This document shows positions 1 to 7,948 of a DNA stretch of 60,101 nucleotides, piece after piece. Location: IMG/VR virus record IMGVR_UViG_3300020430_000017, positions 1-60,101 of that record; one strand, written 5' to 3'. The notes under the pieces are model-generated. The model was given only the letters and a program-made list of their open reading frames with translations. It made no database searches and was not told the DNA's origin. The stretch's first letter is position 1. Every line of letters starts with the position of its first letter. The stretch comes from a virus (lineage: Duplodnaviria > Caudoviricetes). The position numbers and the translations under genes were made by a program.

Positions 1-1
1 C

Positions 2-388
2 GAAGGAGCGAGCCGCCGCAAGTGCTGAATCACTATAACGCCCCTCGATCTTGGTAAGGATCTCAAGCTGACGCGGTGACAACCGGTGACCGTTGGCGTT
101 CTGACCTTGAACGCTCTCCACGAATCCGCGATCCCAAGAGTTAGCCGGTGTGCGCTCGATAAGAGCGGCACAGCGAGCCTCGATGGTGGCATCACCAGTC
201 GCACCAGAGGCATCAAGCTGCGCGATTCGCTCTTTAACAAGGAAGAAGTGGTGCTTTCGCCCACTGGTCATAGCCTTGCCGCCGCTCCAGTGACGGTGCA
301 GGCTCTCAATAAAATTACGGTCGCGACCAACAAGGCGCTTGTTGGCGAGAAGGGCGGCGAACTCGATTTTCCAGTTGGTGCGTGCCAT
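2..388 (-). CDS. hypothetical protein, truncated by the window edge
   Basis: Not in the ORF track. ATG at 388 with AAGGAGA RBS, open to the edge (MARTNWKIEFAALL...). Two DRxFxES repeats. ECF-like promoter upstream. Confidence 0.75.
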   Translation of the reverse strand, partial: MARTNWKIEFAALLANKRLVGRDRNFIESLHRHWSGGKAMTSGRKHHFFLVKERIAQLDASGATGDATIEARCAALIERTPANSWDRGFVESVQGQNANGHRLSPRQLEILTKIEGRYSDSALAAARSF

Positions 389-430
389 GTAGTTATCTCC
401 TTGCCTCTCGGCTCTAACTCACTACATGAG

Positions 431-460
431 TTAGACGTATTTGGGACCGGCTTTATTCAA
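431..460 (-). promoter_or_regulatory. ECF-like promoter, copy 1
   Basis: TTGAATA-N16-CGTCTAA on the minus strand. Confidence 0.75.
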
Positions 461-489
461 TGAAAGGTGAGAAAAGTTTAGAAAAGTGG

Positions 490-558
490 AAGGCTCAACG
501 ACTGGCGCGAGGATCGTGAGAGAGAGAGAAAGACCAGCAGCACGCCAGCCGGAGCCTC
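490..558 (-). ncRNA. structured RNA hairpin with a CU-repeat apical loop (candidate sRNA / 3' UTR element)
   Basis: Stems AGGCUC/GAGCCU, CGGCUGGCGUG/CGCGCCAGUCG and GGUC/GAUC. G-U pairs work only on the minus strand. Loop UUUCUCUCUCUCUCAC, followed by CCACUUUUC. Confidence 0.55.
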
Positions 559-565
559 AGAAAGT

Positions 566-805
566 TTATTGATCGTCGGGATTAGCCCACAGATCGTGAC
601 GCTGAACCTCTGTTAGCCGTCGCTCTGCCATAGTGCGGGTTAGACGCTGAATAACTCCAACGTCTGCCAGCTTGCGGTGAACCTCTACGACTGTCGGCAC
701 GTCCTCTTCGCACGCGATCTGATCCCAAATCGCCATCGCCTTTGTCTCTTCGCCCGAAGATAGAAGGTTAGTAATTTCTTGCACGAATGTATCTACGTTT
801 GACAT
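566..805 (-). CDS. hypothetical protein
   Basis: 79 aa ORF, AAGGA RBS, downstream of the AAA gene. Confidence 0.7.
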   Translation of the reverse strand: MSNVDTFVQEITNLLSSGEETKAMAIWDQIACEEDVPTVVEVHRKLADVGVIQRLTRTMAERRLTEVQRHDLWANPDDQ

Positions 806-849
806 GGTGTGATTTCCTTAATGATTTCAACAGGTTGCCAGTGGCAGGC

Positions 850-1950
850 TTAGGAAGCCTGTCCACCGGAAAGAACCTCGACGATGAATGACGTGACGAG
901 TGTACCGTCCGTCGCAGTCGTCTGGTGCAGCTTGATGCAGTTCTCGACCTCGTTGCCCTCTGCACCGGCAACGGTCCACAGCTTCATGGCTACCTCGGAA
1001 GGCAGAGACACAAAGTAGTCCGCAAGGTTTTGGATCTGATCCTCAGACAGTGCAGCCTTGAAAACCTCCTTAGCCTCCATTTTCTCCACGAGAGCGGAGT
1101 GGTCATTGATACCCCAATCCTTAGTGCGGTCGATCTGACCGTCATCAAGAATGTTCTCGACAGTCACCTGAGCCTCGTAGGTCTTGATGAAGTCTTGAAG
1201 CGCAACGGCAGCCTCAAACCCGACGAACGCGGTCGCAAGGTTAAAGATTGTGCCAGCATCAGCCTTGACTGTCTCTGCTTCCAACAGGTTAGCAGCGGTC
1301 AAGCACTCGTTGAGGCGATCCCAAGAGCGGCGAGAAGGGTAAACCTTGTTAGGCTCAAACTCACCGGAGTGCTCAAGGTGGTTACGGTTAGTGTTGATGA
1401 AGTCCCAAACAAGACCATCAACGTTGTCCTTTGCCCAAGTCAGCCAGTCCTCACAGGTAGGCTCAACGTCGAACACGGTCCAACGGTCAAGCTCTGCCGG
1501 GTCCATTTCGCCGACTTGGTACTGAGCGCCATGCTCACCACCGTTGACGGCAGCGAAGATCAGAGTCTCAGGGTGAAGGGTCCAGCCTGCAATCTTGCGG
1601 CTATCGGTAAGCTCAAAGATACCTTGACGGACCTCCATAGTCGCGCGGTCAACCTCGTCCAAGAACAGGACACAAGGCTCAGTGCAGGCTTGAATAAGCC
1701 AGCTAAACGGACGGAACTGAGAAGCGCCAACACCGTTGACCTCGATCAGTTCTGGGGCTGGCATACCGAGAAGATCACCCTCGGTCATTTGTGAAGCGCG
1801 GCGCTCCACCACAGGCAGACCAGCAGCAGCAGCGTACTGGTACACAACCTGCGACTTGCCAACGCCGTGACGACCGCGCAGAAGCACAGGCTTGCGAACG
1901 CGGGCAACGTGGGGGATAACAGCGGAAAAGGTCTTGAAGTCTACAGCCAT
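850..1950 (-). CDS. MoxR-like AAA+ ATPase
   Basis: Walker A GRHGVGKS, Walker B LFLDEVDRA, AAVN sensor, MDPAELDRW arginine finger, PSRRSW. Confidence 0.9.
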   Translation of the reverse strand: MAVDFKTFSAVIPHVARVRKPVLLRGRHGVGKSQVVYQYAAAAGLPVVERRASQMTEGDLLGMPAPELIEVNGVGASQFRPFSWLIQACTEPCVLFLDEVDRATMEVRQGIFELTDSRKIAGWTLHPETLIFAAVNGGEHGAQYQVGEMDPAELDRWTVFDVEPTCEDWLTWAKDNVDGLVWDFINTNRNHLEHSGEFEPNKVYPSRRSWDRLNECLTAANLLEAETVKADAGTIFNLATAFVGFEAAVALQDFIKTYEAQVTVENILDDGQIDRTKDWGINDHSALVEKMEAKEVFKAALSEDQIQNLADYFVSLPSEVAMKLWTVAGAEGNEVENCIKLHQTTATDGTLVTSFIVEVLSGGQAS

Positions 1951-2028
1951 TTTATTCTCTCTCTCAATGGTTGAAGGGTTGAAGGGCGGAATGCCCGGTA
2001 GTTGAATCTCTCTAACTAACTACATTAG

Positions 2029-2086
2029 TTAGACGTAAAAGGAGGGTGTTTTATTCAAAGAAAATCGAAAAAAGTTGATCTTTTTT
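2029..2086 (-). promoter_or_regulatory. ECF-like promoter, copy 2, with upstream A6/T6 dyad
   Basis: TTGAATA-N16-CGTCTAA; dyad at 2068-2086. Confidence 0.8.
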
Positions 2087-2428
2087 TCAAATAAACATCG
2101 GAATCTGAAGGTTAATAACGTCAGCGAATGGTTCGGTCTTGTCGTCGCCCCAGTCGCAGACATAGGCGAATTCATCCCAATTGAAGATCTTGTCAATCAT
2201 CGTGCATGCAGCGCGACCGGCTTCAGTGATGAACCAGCGGTCAATCCAGCCGCCCTCAGTCATGCACCGTTGGCGCTCCAGAAGCCCAGCGAGCACAAGC
2301 GTATCAATGTCGTTACGCATTGGTCCTCCGAGCAGCGACCAGTCAAAGTCGCGTGAGGCAACCGCTTCAAGGGTTGACCACTCATCGAGGGTGAGGCGAA
2401 GGCTACGAAGGTCGGAGACTGAAAACAT
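2087..2428 (-). CDS. hypothetical protein, possible winged helix
   Basis: LVLAGLLER...WFITEAGRA resembles a wHTH wing; AAGGA RBS. Confidence 0.6.
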   Translation of the reverse strand: MFSVSDLRSLRLTLDEWSTLEAVASRDFDWSLLGGPMRNDIDTLVLAGLLERQRCMTEGGWIDRWFITEAGRAACTMIDKIFNWDEFAYVCDWGDDKTEPFADVINLQIPMFI

Positions 2429-2454
2429 GATGTGTTCCTTTGACTTACTCTATG

Positions 2455-2496
2455 ATTATACAGGAAGTAGAAAATAAATGTGGACAAAATATGTCC
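2455..2496 (-). promoter_or_regulatory. TATAAT -10 with upstream GGACA-N5-TGTCC palindrome
   Basis: Palindrome 2482-2496, 21 nt from TATAAT; same geometry at 4938-4979. Confidence 0.5.
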
Positions 2497-2520
2497 GGTT
2501 TGGGTGGACTCGCCGAAAAC

Positions 2521-2739
2521 CTACCAATTAACTGGATCATTCCCACATAGGGTTTCTGATATAGTGGCAGTTGATGTGCCCTTCATCATGCGCTCGTTGC
2601 GCGTTTGCTGTTCTTCTTCAAAAGCAAGGATCTTCCTTGCATCCTCGATGGTGCCGTGGTCGGGGCAAGCTGGACCGGCAGCTAGTTCGCAAAGGTCTTT
2701 AATGATTGCCAGCAGATCGGCACGGGATTGACGCTTCAT
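2521..2739 (-). CDS. hypothetical protein
   Basis: AGGAGA RBS before the ATG at 2739. Confidence 0.6.
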   Translation of the reverse strand: MKRQSRADLLAIIKDLCELAAGPACPDHGTIEDARKILAFEEEQQTRNERMMKGTSTATISETLCGNDPVNW

Positions 2740-2752
2740 GTTTAATAATCTC

Positions 2753-3958
2753 CTATTCATCGATGGCGATGATGCGTTCGTTGGTTTGAAAGTATGGGCG
2801 CTGAGCGTAGTACGTGGTAGTCATCCACATACGCTGAGCGTTGCAGTTCTTAGGCTTTGGAGCCATCAGGTCCGTAAGGACGATCATGCCGTCGAAACCG
2901 TTGGCGTTGCAGTGGTCAGTCGGCGGGTCGAAGTTAGTACCTCCGCATGCAACGCGCTCCCACTTACGACGCTCGCCCTTCTTCCAAGTGTAAACCTTGT
3001 CGGCGATTACCTCATCATCGAACGGCACGACAGTAAACTCGGCAAGTGCAGCCAGCTTGTCCAACTCAGAGTAGAAGGCGGCAAGCATCGAATCGGACAC
3101 GGAGCCAGACTGGTCGATGTAGATGCCGATGCGGGCAACACGGTTGACCTTCTTACCCGGATGGATGTAGCGGTAACGCTTGTTCAGGCGCTTGACGGTC
3201 GAGGACCGGTTAGACCGCTGAGTGGTCTTTACAAAGTAGCGCAGCACCTTCTTCCAATCGACCTTTGGCGTGATGCGCTCCATGATCTCCTGACGGGTCT
3301 GGCGACTAACGGAGCCCCATGAGTTAGCGCGTGCGGCTTCCTCGGCTGCTTTCTTGACTGCCTCTTTAAGACGCTCTTTGGCGATCTCATTCATGGTGTT
3401 GTCGCCTTGACCCTCTTCCCATCCAGAGTGATCGTCAAAGCTATCGCCGAAGTCGCGACCACCAGAAGAACCGTCACCGTCGCCGGACTCGCCGTTACCT
3501 TCGCCCTCTTCGCCTTCGCCTTCGTCCTTGTTCTGCTCATCCTTCAACTTGTTGAAGTACCACTCAGCAGACTTGCCAAGGGGCATATCCTCAAATGGAC
3601 CCTCACCGGGCAGACAGCACATGTCGGGCAACTCGCCCTGAAGGTGGGAGTTGATAGCGAGGTCAGTCGCGACGTTCCACAGCTTAGACATACCAGCTTC
3701 GGGAAGGCGACCAGTCACATGCTCAAAGACAAGGTGGTAAAATTCGTGTTTGAGAACACCCAATTTCTGCTTGTCGGTCAGACCCTCAAAGAACTCAGGA
3801 TTATAAAGCATAACGAACGTACCGCGATCCTTGTCCACCTTGACGCCAGCAGTCGGGATAGCGGTCGTAGCTCGCTTGTCGATGCGACGTGAAAGGGCGG
3901 CAAAGAATGGCTCATCCATCAGGAGTCGCGCAGTGTGCATGTTAAGGTTGAAGGACAT
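2753..3958 (-). CDS. vWA-domain protein with N-terminal HExxH metallopeptidase-like domain (DUF2201-like), MoxR partner
   Basis: HEFYH, WNVATDLAIN, acidic Gly linker, MIDAS DQSGS, GGTNF, VLTD. Confidence 0.88.
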   Translation of the reverse strand: MSFNLNMHTARLLMDEPFFAALSRRIDKRATTAIPTAGVKVDKDRGTFVMLYNPEFFEGLTDKQKLGVLKHEFYHLVFEHVTGRLPEAGMSKLWNVATDLAINSHLQGELPDMCCLPGEGPFEDMPLGKSAEWYFNKLKDEQNKDEGEGEEGEGNGESGDGDGSSGGRDFGDSFDDHSGWEEGQGDNTMNEIAKERLKEAVKKAAEEAARANSWGSVSRQTRQEIMERITPKVDWKKVLRYFVKTTQRSNRSSTVKRLNKRYRYIHPGKKVNRVARIGIYIDQSGSVSDSMLAAFYSELDKLAALAEFTVVPFDDEVIADKVYTWKKGERRKWERVACGGTNFDPPTDHCNANGFDGMIVLTDLMAPKPKNCNAQRMWMTTTYYAQRPYFQTNERIIAIDE

Positions 3959-3986
3959 AGTTCTCTCTCTCTGTTTGGTACATCTA

Positions 3987-4044
3987 TTAGACGTACTAGC
4001 AGGGTCTTTTATTCAAAGAAAATCGATCTTTTTTGATCTTTTTT
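3987..4044 (-). promoter_or_regulatory. ECF-like promoter, copy 3
   Basis: TTGAATA-N16-CGTCTAA; upstream AAAAAAGATC x2. Confidence 0.8.
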
Positions 4045-4084
4045 CAGATTTCTTAAATAACTAGGTTCAAAGCCGACAATGGAC

Positions 4085-4822
4085 CTACAGGTCATAGTCG
4101 AGCCAGAAGTGACTGCGGCTCTCGCCCTTCTCAAAGGCGTTGGCGACAAGCGAATCGGGCGGGTTCTTCCAGTCTGGACACTGTTCGACCCACTCTTCGT
4201 CAATCTGTGCTGCCATTTGCTCTGGCGTCAGCTTGCCAACGACCTCGATAGTCATAGCGTAGGTGCTCGTTTGCGCCTCGCGATGAGCAGGACTGTTGAT
4301 TGCAACACTGTGCTTGCGACCAACGCCGCTGATGGGGCGCAACGTCACCTTATAGTTAGGCTGGCGCTTGTGCGTAGACTGTAGATCAAGAGCCTCGACC
4401 ATCATCAGAGTGGATTGAGTGGAATAGCCATACTCCTTGTACTTGACCATGGCACCGATGCCGATGCCGTCTGTCAGCGCCCAATCGCGAACCTCTTGGC
4501 GAGTCTCGCGGGTCATGACCGCATAACGCTCTATGTCTTTCTTGAGGACCGGGCAAGTACGTCGATTGTGACCGTGATCCTTGCAGTAAGAGCACACGCG
4601 CCCGCGACTCTCATCGCGACGACCGCTCTTTTCGCCAGTCTCAGGGTTCACACCCGTCATCTTCGCGATCTGGCGTGCATAGTATTCGGTGTAACGTCCT
4701 TCGCCTTCTTTTTCTTTCTCAAGATTCCGTTGAATGCGTGCTAGACGCTCAGGACACGTACGCTTATTGTGACCGTACTCAAAGCAATAGCTGCAGCGAA
4801 CTCTACCGTTGTAATTACCCAT
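4085..4822 (-). CDS. tandem CCHC zinc-knuckle protein
   Basis: CSYCFEYGHNKRTC and CSYCKDHGHNRRTC (Cx2Cx4Hx4C); paralog at 14390-15058. Confidence 0.8.
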   Translation of the reverse strand: MGNYNGRVRCSYCFEYGHNKRTCPERLARIQRNLEKEKEGEGRYTEYYARQIAKMTGVNPETGEKSGRRDESRGRVCSYCKDHGHNRRTCPVLKKDIERYAVMTRETRQEVRDWALTDGIGIGAMVKYKEYGYSTQSTLMMVEALDLQSTHKRQPNYKVTLRPISGVGRKHSVAINSPAHREAQTSTYAMTIEVVGKLTPEQMAAQIDEEWVEQCPDWKNPPDSLVANAFEKGESRSHFWLDYDL

Positions 4823-4852
4823 GATTTACCTCTCTCTTTGTTGGTACATGTA

Positions 4853-4910
4853 TTAGACGAATGAGGGGAGTGGTTTATTCAAAGAAAAGTGATCTTTTTT
4901 GATCTTTTTT
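4853..4910 (-). promoter_or_regulatory. ECF-like promoter, copy 4
   Basis: TTGAATA-N16-CGTCTAA; upstream AAAAAAGATC x2. Confidence 0.8.
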
Positions 4911-4937
4911 TTGAACCTCTCCCCCACTGACTCTTCG

Positions 4938-4979
4938 ATCATACCACACTTTAATAATCTTACCGGACAGAAAATGTCC
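4938..4979 (-). promoter_or_regulatory. extended -10 (TGGTATGAT) with upstream GGACA-N5-TGTCC palindrome
   Basis: Palindrome 4965-4979, 21 nt from TATGAT. Confidence 0.45.
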
Positions 4980-5238
4980 GACCTGCAAGCTCTCCCGAAA
5001 AGGCAGGTTCAACCTCGATTTCATCGAGGGGCAACCAGCCAGTCCAGTGTTCACGTCCGCCCTTGCCATTGCTGGAGTGGCGCGTTTGCGATACCAGCAG
5101 AAGCGCGGCACGTCCGTCCATGCACCATACTGAGTTCTTTGCCATGGCTACCTTGAACAACGGTCCATGCTCACGGATGCGGTTCTTCGTGCGGCTGCAC
5201 GCTTTCTGGTTCCACGTTACTTTAATAAAATCAGCCAC
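4960..5238 (-). CDS. hypothetical protein
   Basis: 92 aa, GGAGG RBS, overlaps the upstream stop. Confidence 0.65.
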   Translation of the reverse strand: MADFIKVTWNQKACSRTKNRIREHGPLFKVAMAKNSVWCMDGRAALLLVSQTRHSSNGKGGREHWTGWLPLDEIEVEPAFSGELAGRTFSVR

Positions 5239-5470
5239 TTATGACCTCCATATCTCTTGGTAAATATCTTCGTTGCCATTCGCCCCGATGGATGCCGAGG
5301 AATTGAACCGTGAAAATCTCAGGTGGATACATCGGCATACCCTCTGAGGTTACGTGCCCTTGCATCACATAGTCACCGCGAGGTTTACCGACTTTAATAA
5401 TCAGACCCACCGCGCCAACTGGCACGCCGATGGATGCGCGTGTGATCTTTACTAAATTACCGACTTGCAT
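5231..5470 (-). CDS. small SH3/KOW-like protein
   Basis: MQVGNLVKI...VGLIIKV; start adjusted to the ATG at 5470. Confidence 0.65.
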   Translation of the reverse strand: MQVGNLVKITRASIGVPVGAVGLIIKVGKPRGDYVMQGHVTSEGMPMYPPEIFTVQFLGIHRGEWQRRYLPRDMEVISG

Positions 5471-5561
5471 CAGCCACCTCGCCAGCAGTCTCAAGTGCAG
5501 CACCGATAAACAGGAACGGCATCGACATAACGATCAGAGTCTCAATCATGGTGATAATCAT
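5457..5561 (-). CDS. 34 aa hydrophobic microprotein
   Basis: MIITMIETLIVMSMPFLFIGAALET...; ATGA overlap with the upstream micro-ORF. Confidence 0.45.
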   Translation of the reverse strand: MIITMIETLIVMSMPFLFIGAALETAGEVADASR

Positions 5562-5635
5562 GCAGACACCATCAGCAGAAGAAACGAAACGATACTAATC
5601 GACATAGGAATCAGGAATGGAATTGCTTCAAGCAT
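5558..5635 (-). CDS. 25 aa membrane microprotein
   Basis: MLEAIPFLIPMSISIVSFLLLMVSA; first ORF after ECF promoter 5, AGAGAGAGG RBS. Confidence 0.55.
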   Translation of the reverse strand: MLEAIPFLIPMSISIVSFLLLMVSA

Positions 5636-5663
5636 ATGAACCTCTCTCTTTGTTGCTCATTTA

Positions 5664-5721
5664 TTAGACGTATGAGCGCATGGGTTTATTCAAAGAAAAG
5701 CGAAAAAAGATCAACTTTTTT
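5664..5721 (-). promoter_or_regulatory. ECF-like promoter, copy 5, with upstream dyad
   Basis: TTGAATA-N16-CGTCTAA; dyad 5703-5721. Confidence 0.8.
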
Positions 5722-5911
5722 TAACGCTTGAAATCACTTTAATATCTTGTCGGCGAGCGGGCGAAACCACATTCTGACCCAGCGCGCCGAACCACAGCAC
5801 GTCTATGCCTGCATACCCATGGTTAAAGAAGCCGACCACGATACCGAGAACGGGTGGATCGGTCGGTGTCCACAGGACGAGATCCCCGACGCTGATAGGC
5901 TCGTTGCTCAT
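5711..5911 (-). CDS. small SH3/KOW-like protein
   Basis: MSNEPISVGDLVLW...LGIVVG...VLWF; ACTACTTA motif 6 nt before the ATG. Confidence 0.65.
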   Translation of the reverse strand: MSNEPISVGDLVLWTPTDPPVLGIVVGFFNHGYAGIDVLWFGALGQNVVSPARRQDIKVISSVKKS

Positions 5912-6029
5912 GTTTAATAAGTAGTCCATTCCAGTGCTTCCACGGGAAAACAGCCAACGCAACAACACAAAGCAGTGGCACAAGCCACAGCCCACTATCC
6001 AACAATGCAATCTGCCAATCACTCAACAT
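5823..6029 (-). CDS. possible small membrane protein
   Basis: Hydrophobic LWLVPLLCVVALAVF; GAGGTG RBS; overlaps the next gene substantially. Confidence 0.4.
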   Translation of the reverse strand: MLSDWQIALLDSGLWLVPLLCVVALAVFPWKHWNGLLIKHEQRAYQRRGSRPVDTDRSTRSRYRGRLL

Positions 6030-6210
6030 TATCAACCACCTCTATCAAGTTTGTTTGAATCGGGCTTACCCGACCACCGAACCATGCGACCATCGCACAA
6101 GTATACGGGTTTGTGTCTTTGTCAAAGGTACGCATACCAAGGAACACACCGCGAGAGTTATTGAACGATGGGTGTGCGTTCTTGTTTCTTACTACATCAC
6201 CGACTTTCAC
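6019..6210 (-). CDS. small SH3/KOW-like protein
   Basis: MKVGDVVRNK...RGVFLG...VAWF...LIEVV. Confidence 0.7.
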   Translation of the reverse strand: MKVGDVVRNKNAHPSFNNSRGVFLGMRTFDKDTNPYTCAMVAWFGGRVSPIQTNLIEVVDNVE

Positions 6211-6376
6211 TGATAACTCTCAATTGTGAATGATGACCAGAATCAAGCTCCAGAGTATCCATCCAGCGAATGATCGGGTACTTGTTGCCACAGCCCTCGT
6301 ATACTTCTTTGAAGCCAAGCACAACAGCCATTGCGCGCGGGTTTCTTGCTGATCGAACCAAATCACCGACTTTCAT
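6197..6376 (-). CDS. small SH3/KOW-like protein
   Basis: MKVGDLVRSA...IRWM...QLRVIS. Confidence 0.7.
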   Translation of the reverse strand: MKVGDLVRSARNPRAMAVVLGFKEVYEGCGNKYPIIRWMDTLELDSGHHSQLRVISESR

Positions 6377-6378
6377 GA

Positions 6379-6729
6379 TCAATACTCCACCGAACGAGTG
6401 ACGTAAATATGGTCAAAGCCCCAGCCCCGAACCTCGTTGTCATCCAGTTCTTCGCCAGTGCGAACGAACCGATAATGATCTTCCATGTCCTCAGCATCGC
6501 AATCGTTCATGAATTCCTCAAGGGCTGCAACCTCTTTGAAAGTATCGTACCACTTGATGTGATCCCAATGAAAGAGGACAGCGCCGTCATCGTAGTTGTC
6601 GATGCGCTTGTCAGCTTCCGAATAGCACAATTTGCGCGCCATTTCACAAGTAGCGAGCGCATTGAGAAACAACGGCAACGCCTCTTTGCCGACAACCAAG
6701 ACAACTTCCGAACGATAACCCACGTACAC
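6379..6729 (-). CDS. conserved phage hypothetical protein
   Basis: GYRSEV...HWDHIKWY...YRFVRTGEELDD; start may be the GTG at 6723. Confidence 0.75.
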   Translation of the reverse strand: MYVGYRSEVVLVVGKEALPLFLNALATCEMARKLCYSEADKRIDNYDDGAVLFHWDHIKWYDTFKEVAALEEFMNDCDAEDMEDHYRFVRTGEELDDNEVRGWGFDHIYVTRSVEY

Positions 6730-6754
6730 CTCTCTCTTTTCGTTGGTACATCTA

Positions 6755-6809
6755 TTAGACGTATGACGTTCAGGGTTTATTCAAAGAAAATTAAAAAAAG
6801 ATCAACTTT
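6755..6809 (-). promoter_or_regulatory. ECF-like promoter, copy 6
   Basis: TTGAATA-N16-CGTCTAA; partial dyad from 6794. Confidence 0.8.
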
Positions 6810-7017
6810 CTTTAGGTCCAGACAAGAATTCTACATCGTTACAAGCGACTGAGAAGATGTCACCATACCGTGGACCAGTGGTAACGACTACGGAAATCGC
6901 CTCCAAGCCATACACAAGATAATGATCGCGAACCAAAGCCAAGGCACCGAACAGGCTGTCACCTACATGATTCGGTCTGCCTCCAAAGGTTAATCTTACT
7001 AAGCTACCCGGATGCAC
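6802..7017 (-). CDS. small SH3/KOW-like protein
   Basis: MHPGSLVRL...DVEFLS. Confidence 0.6.
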   Translation of the reverse strand: MHPGSLVRLTFGGRPNHVGDSLFGALALVRDHYLVYGLEAISVVVTTGPRYGDIFSVACNDVEFLSGPKES

Positions 7018-7201
7018 TGATCACCTTTAGGTATCCGCTGTGTTCCGTTGTCGTCTTTAGATCCGCCCACAACACTCGGAATCGTCGATTCTTAACACCG
7101 ACACTCGGACCAAGATCCTCCATGATAATGCCGGGGTTGGCATATCTCTCTTTGCCTCCGAAGAAACCAGACACAAAGTTTACTAAATCACCTACTTTCA
7201 T
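7004..7201 (-). CDS. small SH3/KOW-like protein
   Basis: MKVGDLVNF...PGIIME...RVLWAD...YLKVIS. Confidence 0.7.
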   Translation of the reverse strand: MKVGDLVNFVSGFFGGKERYANPGIIMEDLGPSVGVKNRRFRVLWADLKTTTEHSGYLKVISASG

Positions 7202-7293
7202 GACAGAAACCAAGTCATCGCAAACGAAAACAGGAACACACCCACAACTATAACAATGGTTATTAACAACGGTCCAATTTCATCGTCCCTCAC
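7198..7293 (-). CDS. 31 aa membrane microprotein
   Basis: MRDDEIGPLLITIVIVVGVFLFSFAMTWFLS; GTGA and ATGA overlaps with both neighbours. Confidence 0.55.
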   Translation of the reverse strand: MRDDEIGPLLITIVIVVGVFLFSFAMTWFLS

Positions 7294-7601
7294 TGAACAC
7301 CTTCCTTTATCTCTTCGATATGCCGACACTTACGACGAAAACCATAGCCAGTGCATGTGCATGAATACAAACCATCGGACAGCTTGACAGTATAGGTATT
7401 GCCTTTGCTACCATTGACTTGCCAAGCCTGCTCACCGGCTGCTGACTGGCGTTCGCGAGGTTTATAAACCATGTACTCGGATAACTCATCGAGAGTAGTA
7501 CCAGCAGGAACCTCGACCCACACAGAGCCAGCGATCCCATATCGGATGCCGGTATGACTAGTGAACAATGCGGGCGGTATACTGACCTCTACTGGACTCA
7601 T
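7290..7601 (-). CDS. SWIM-type zinc finger protein
   Basis: GSKGNTYTV...CTC-x8-CRHI. Confidence 0.75.
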   Translation of the reverse strand: MSPVEVSIPPALFTSHTGIRYGIAGSVWVEVPAGTTLDELSEYMVYKPRERQSAAGEQAWQVNGSKGNTYTVKLSDGLYSCTCTGYGFRRKCRHIEEIKEGVQ

Positions 7602-7948
7602 GCTTTCCCCTTGTGGTTGGCGTTGCCTGCATTGTACGCAACGTGACGCATCGGACGATTGCCGATAGTTGTGTTAGAACCTGAAAGATGGCAGGATTTG
7701 CCCTTGTGGAAGCCTGTGACGGCTTTCCAAGCCTTGGAGTATGCGTCCCTGTCCTCGTCGCTCTCAAAGGCGACAATGGAGATTCCAGCGGCTTTACCGT
7801 CGCCTGCCTGCAGACCGAGATACTTGACAGCAGTTTCGGTACCCAACTCTTCAACACAGTCAGGACACTCATTGATCTTGCCGCCTGCCTGCTTCTTGGC
7901 AGTCGAGTTAGGGTCGAACATAATTTCACAGTGAATGCATTCCCTCAC
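7598..7948 (-). CDS. zinc-ribbon hypothetical protein
   Basis: CIHC...CPDC. Confidence 0.65.
   Translation of the reverse strand: MRECIHCEIMFDPNSTAKKQAGGKINECPDCVEELGTETAVKYLGLQAGDGKAAGISIVAFESDEDRDAYSKAWKAVTGFHKGKSCHLSGSNTTIGNRPMRHVAYNAGNANHKGKA

Noticed and set aside
3470-3530. TTCGCC-type short repeats in the vWA gene, and E/P-rich repeats in 29712-30194
   Set aside because: They encode low-complexity acidic linkers and are not independent DNA repeats.
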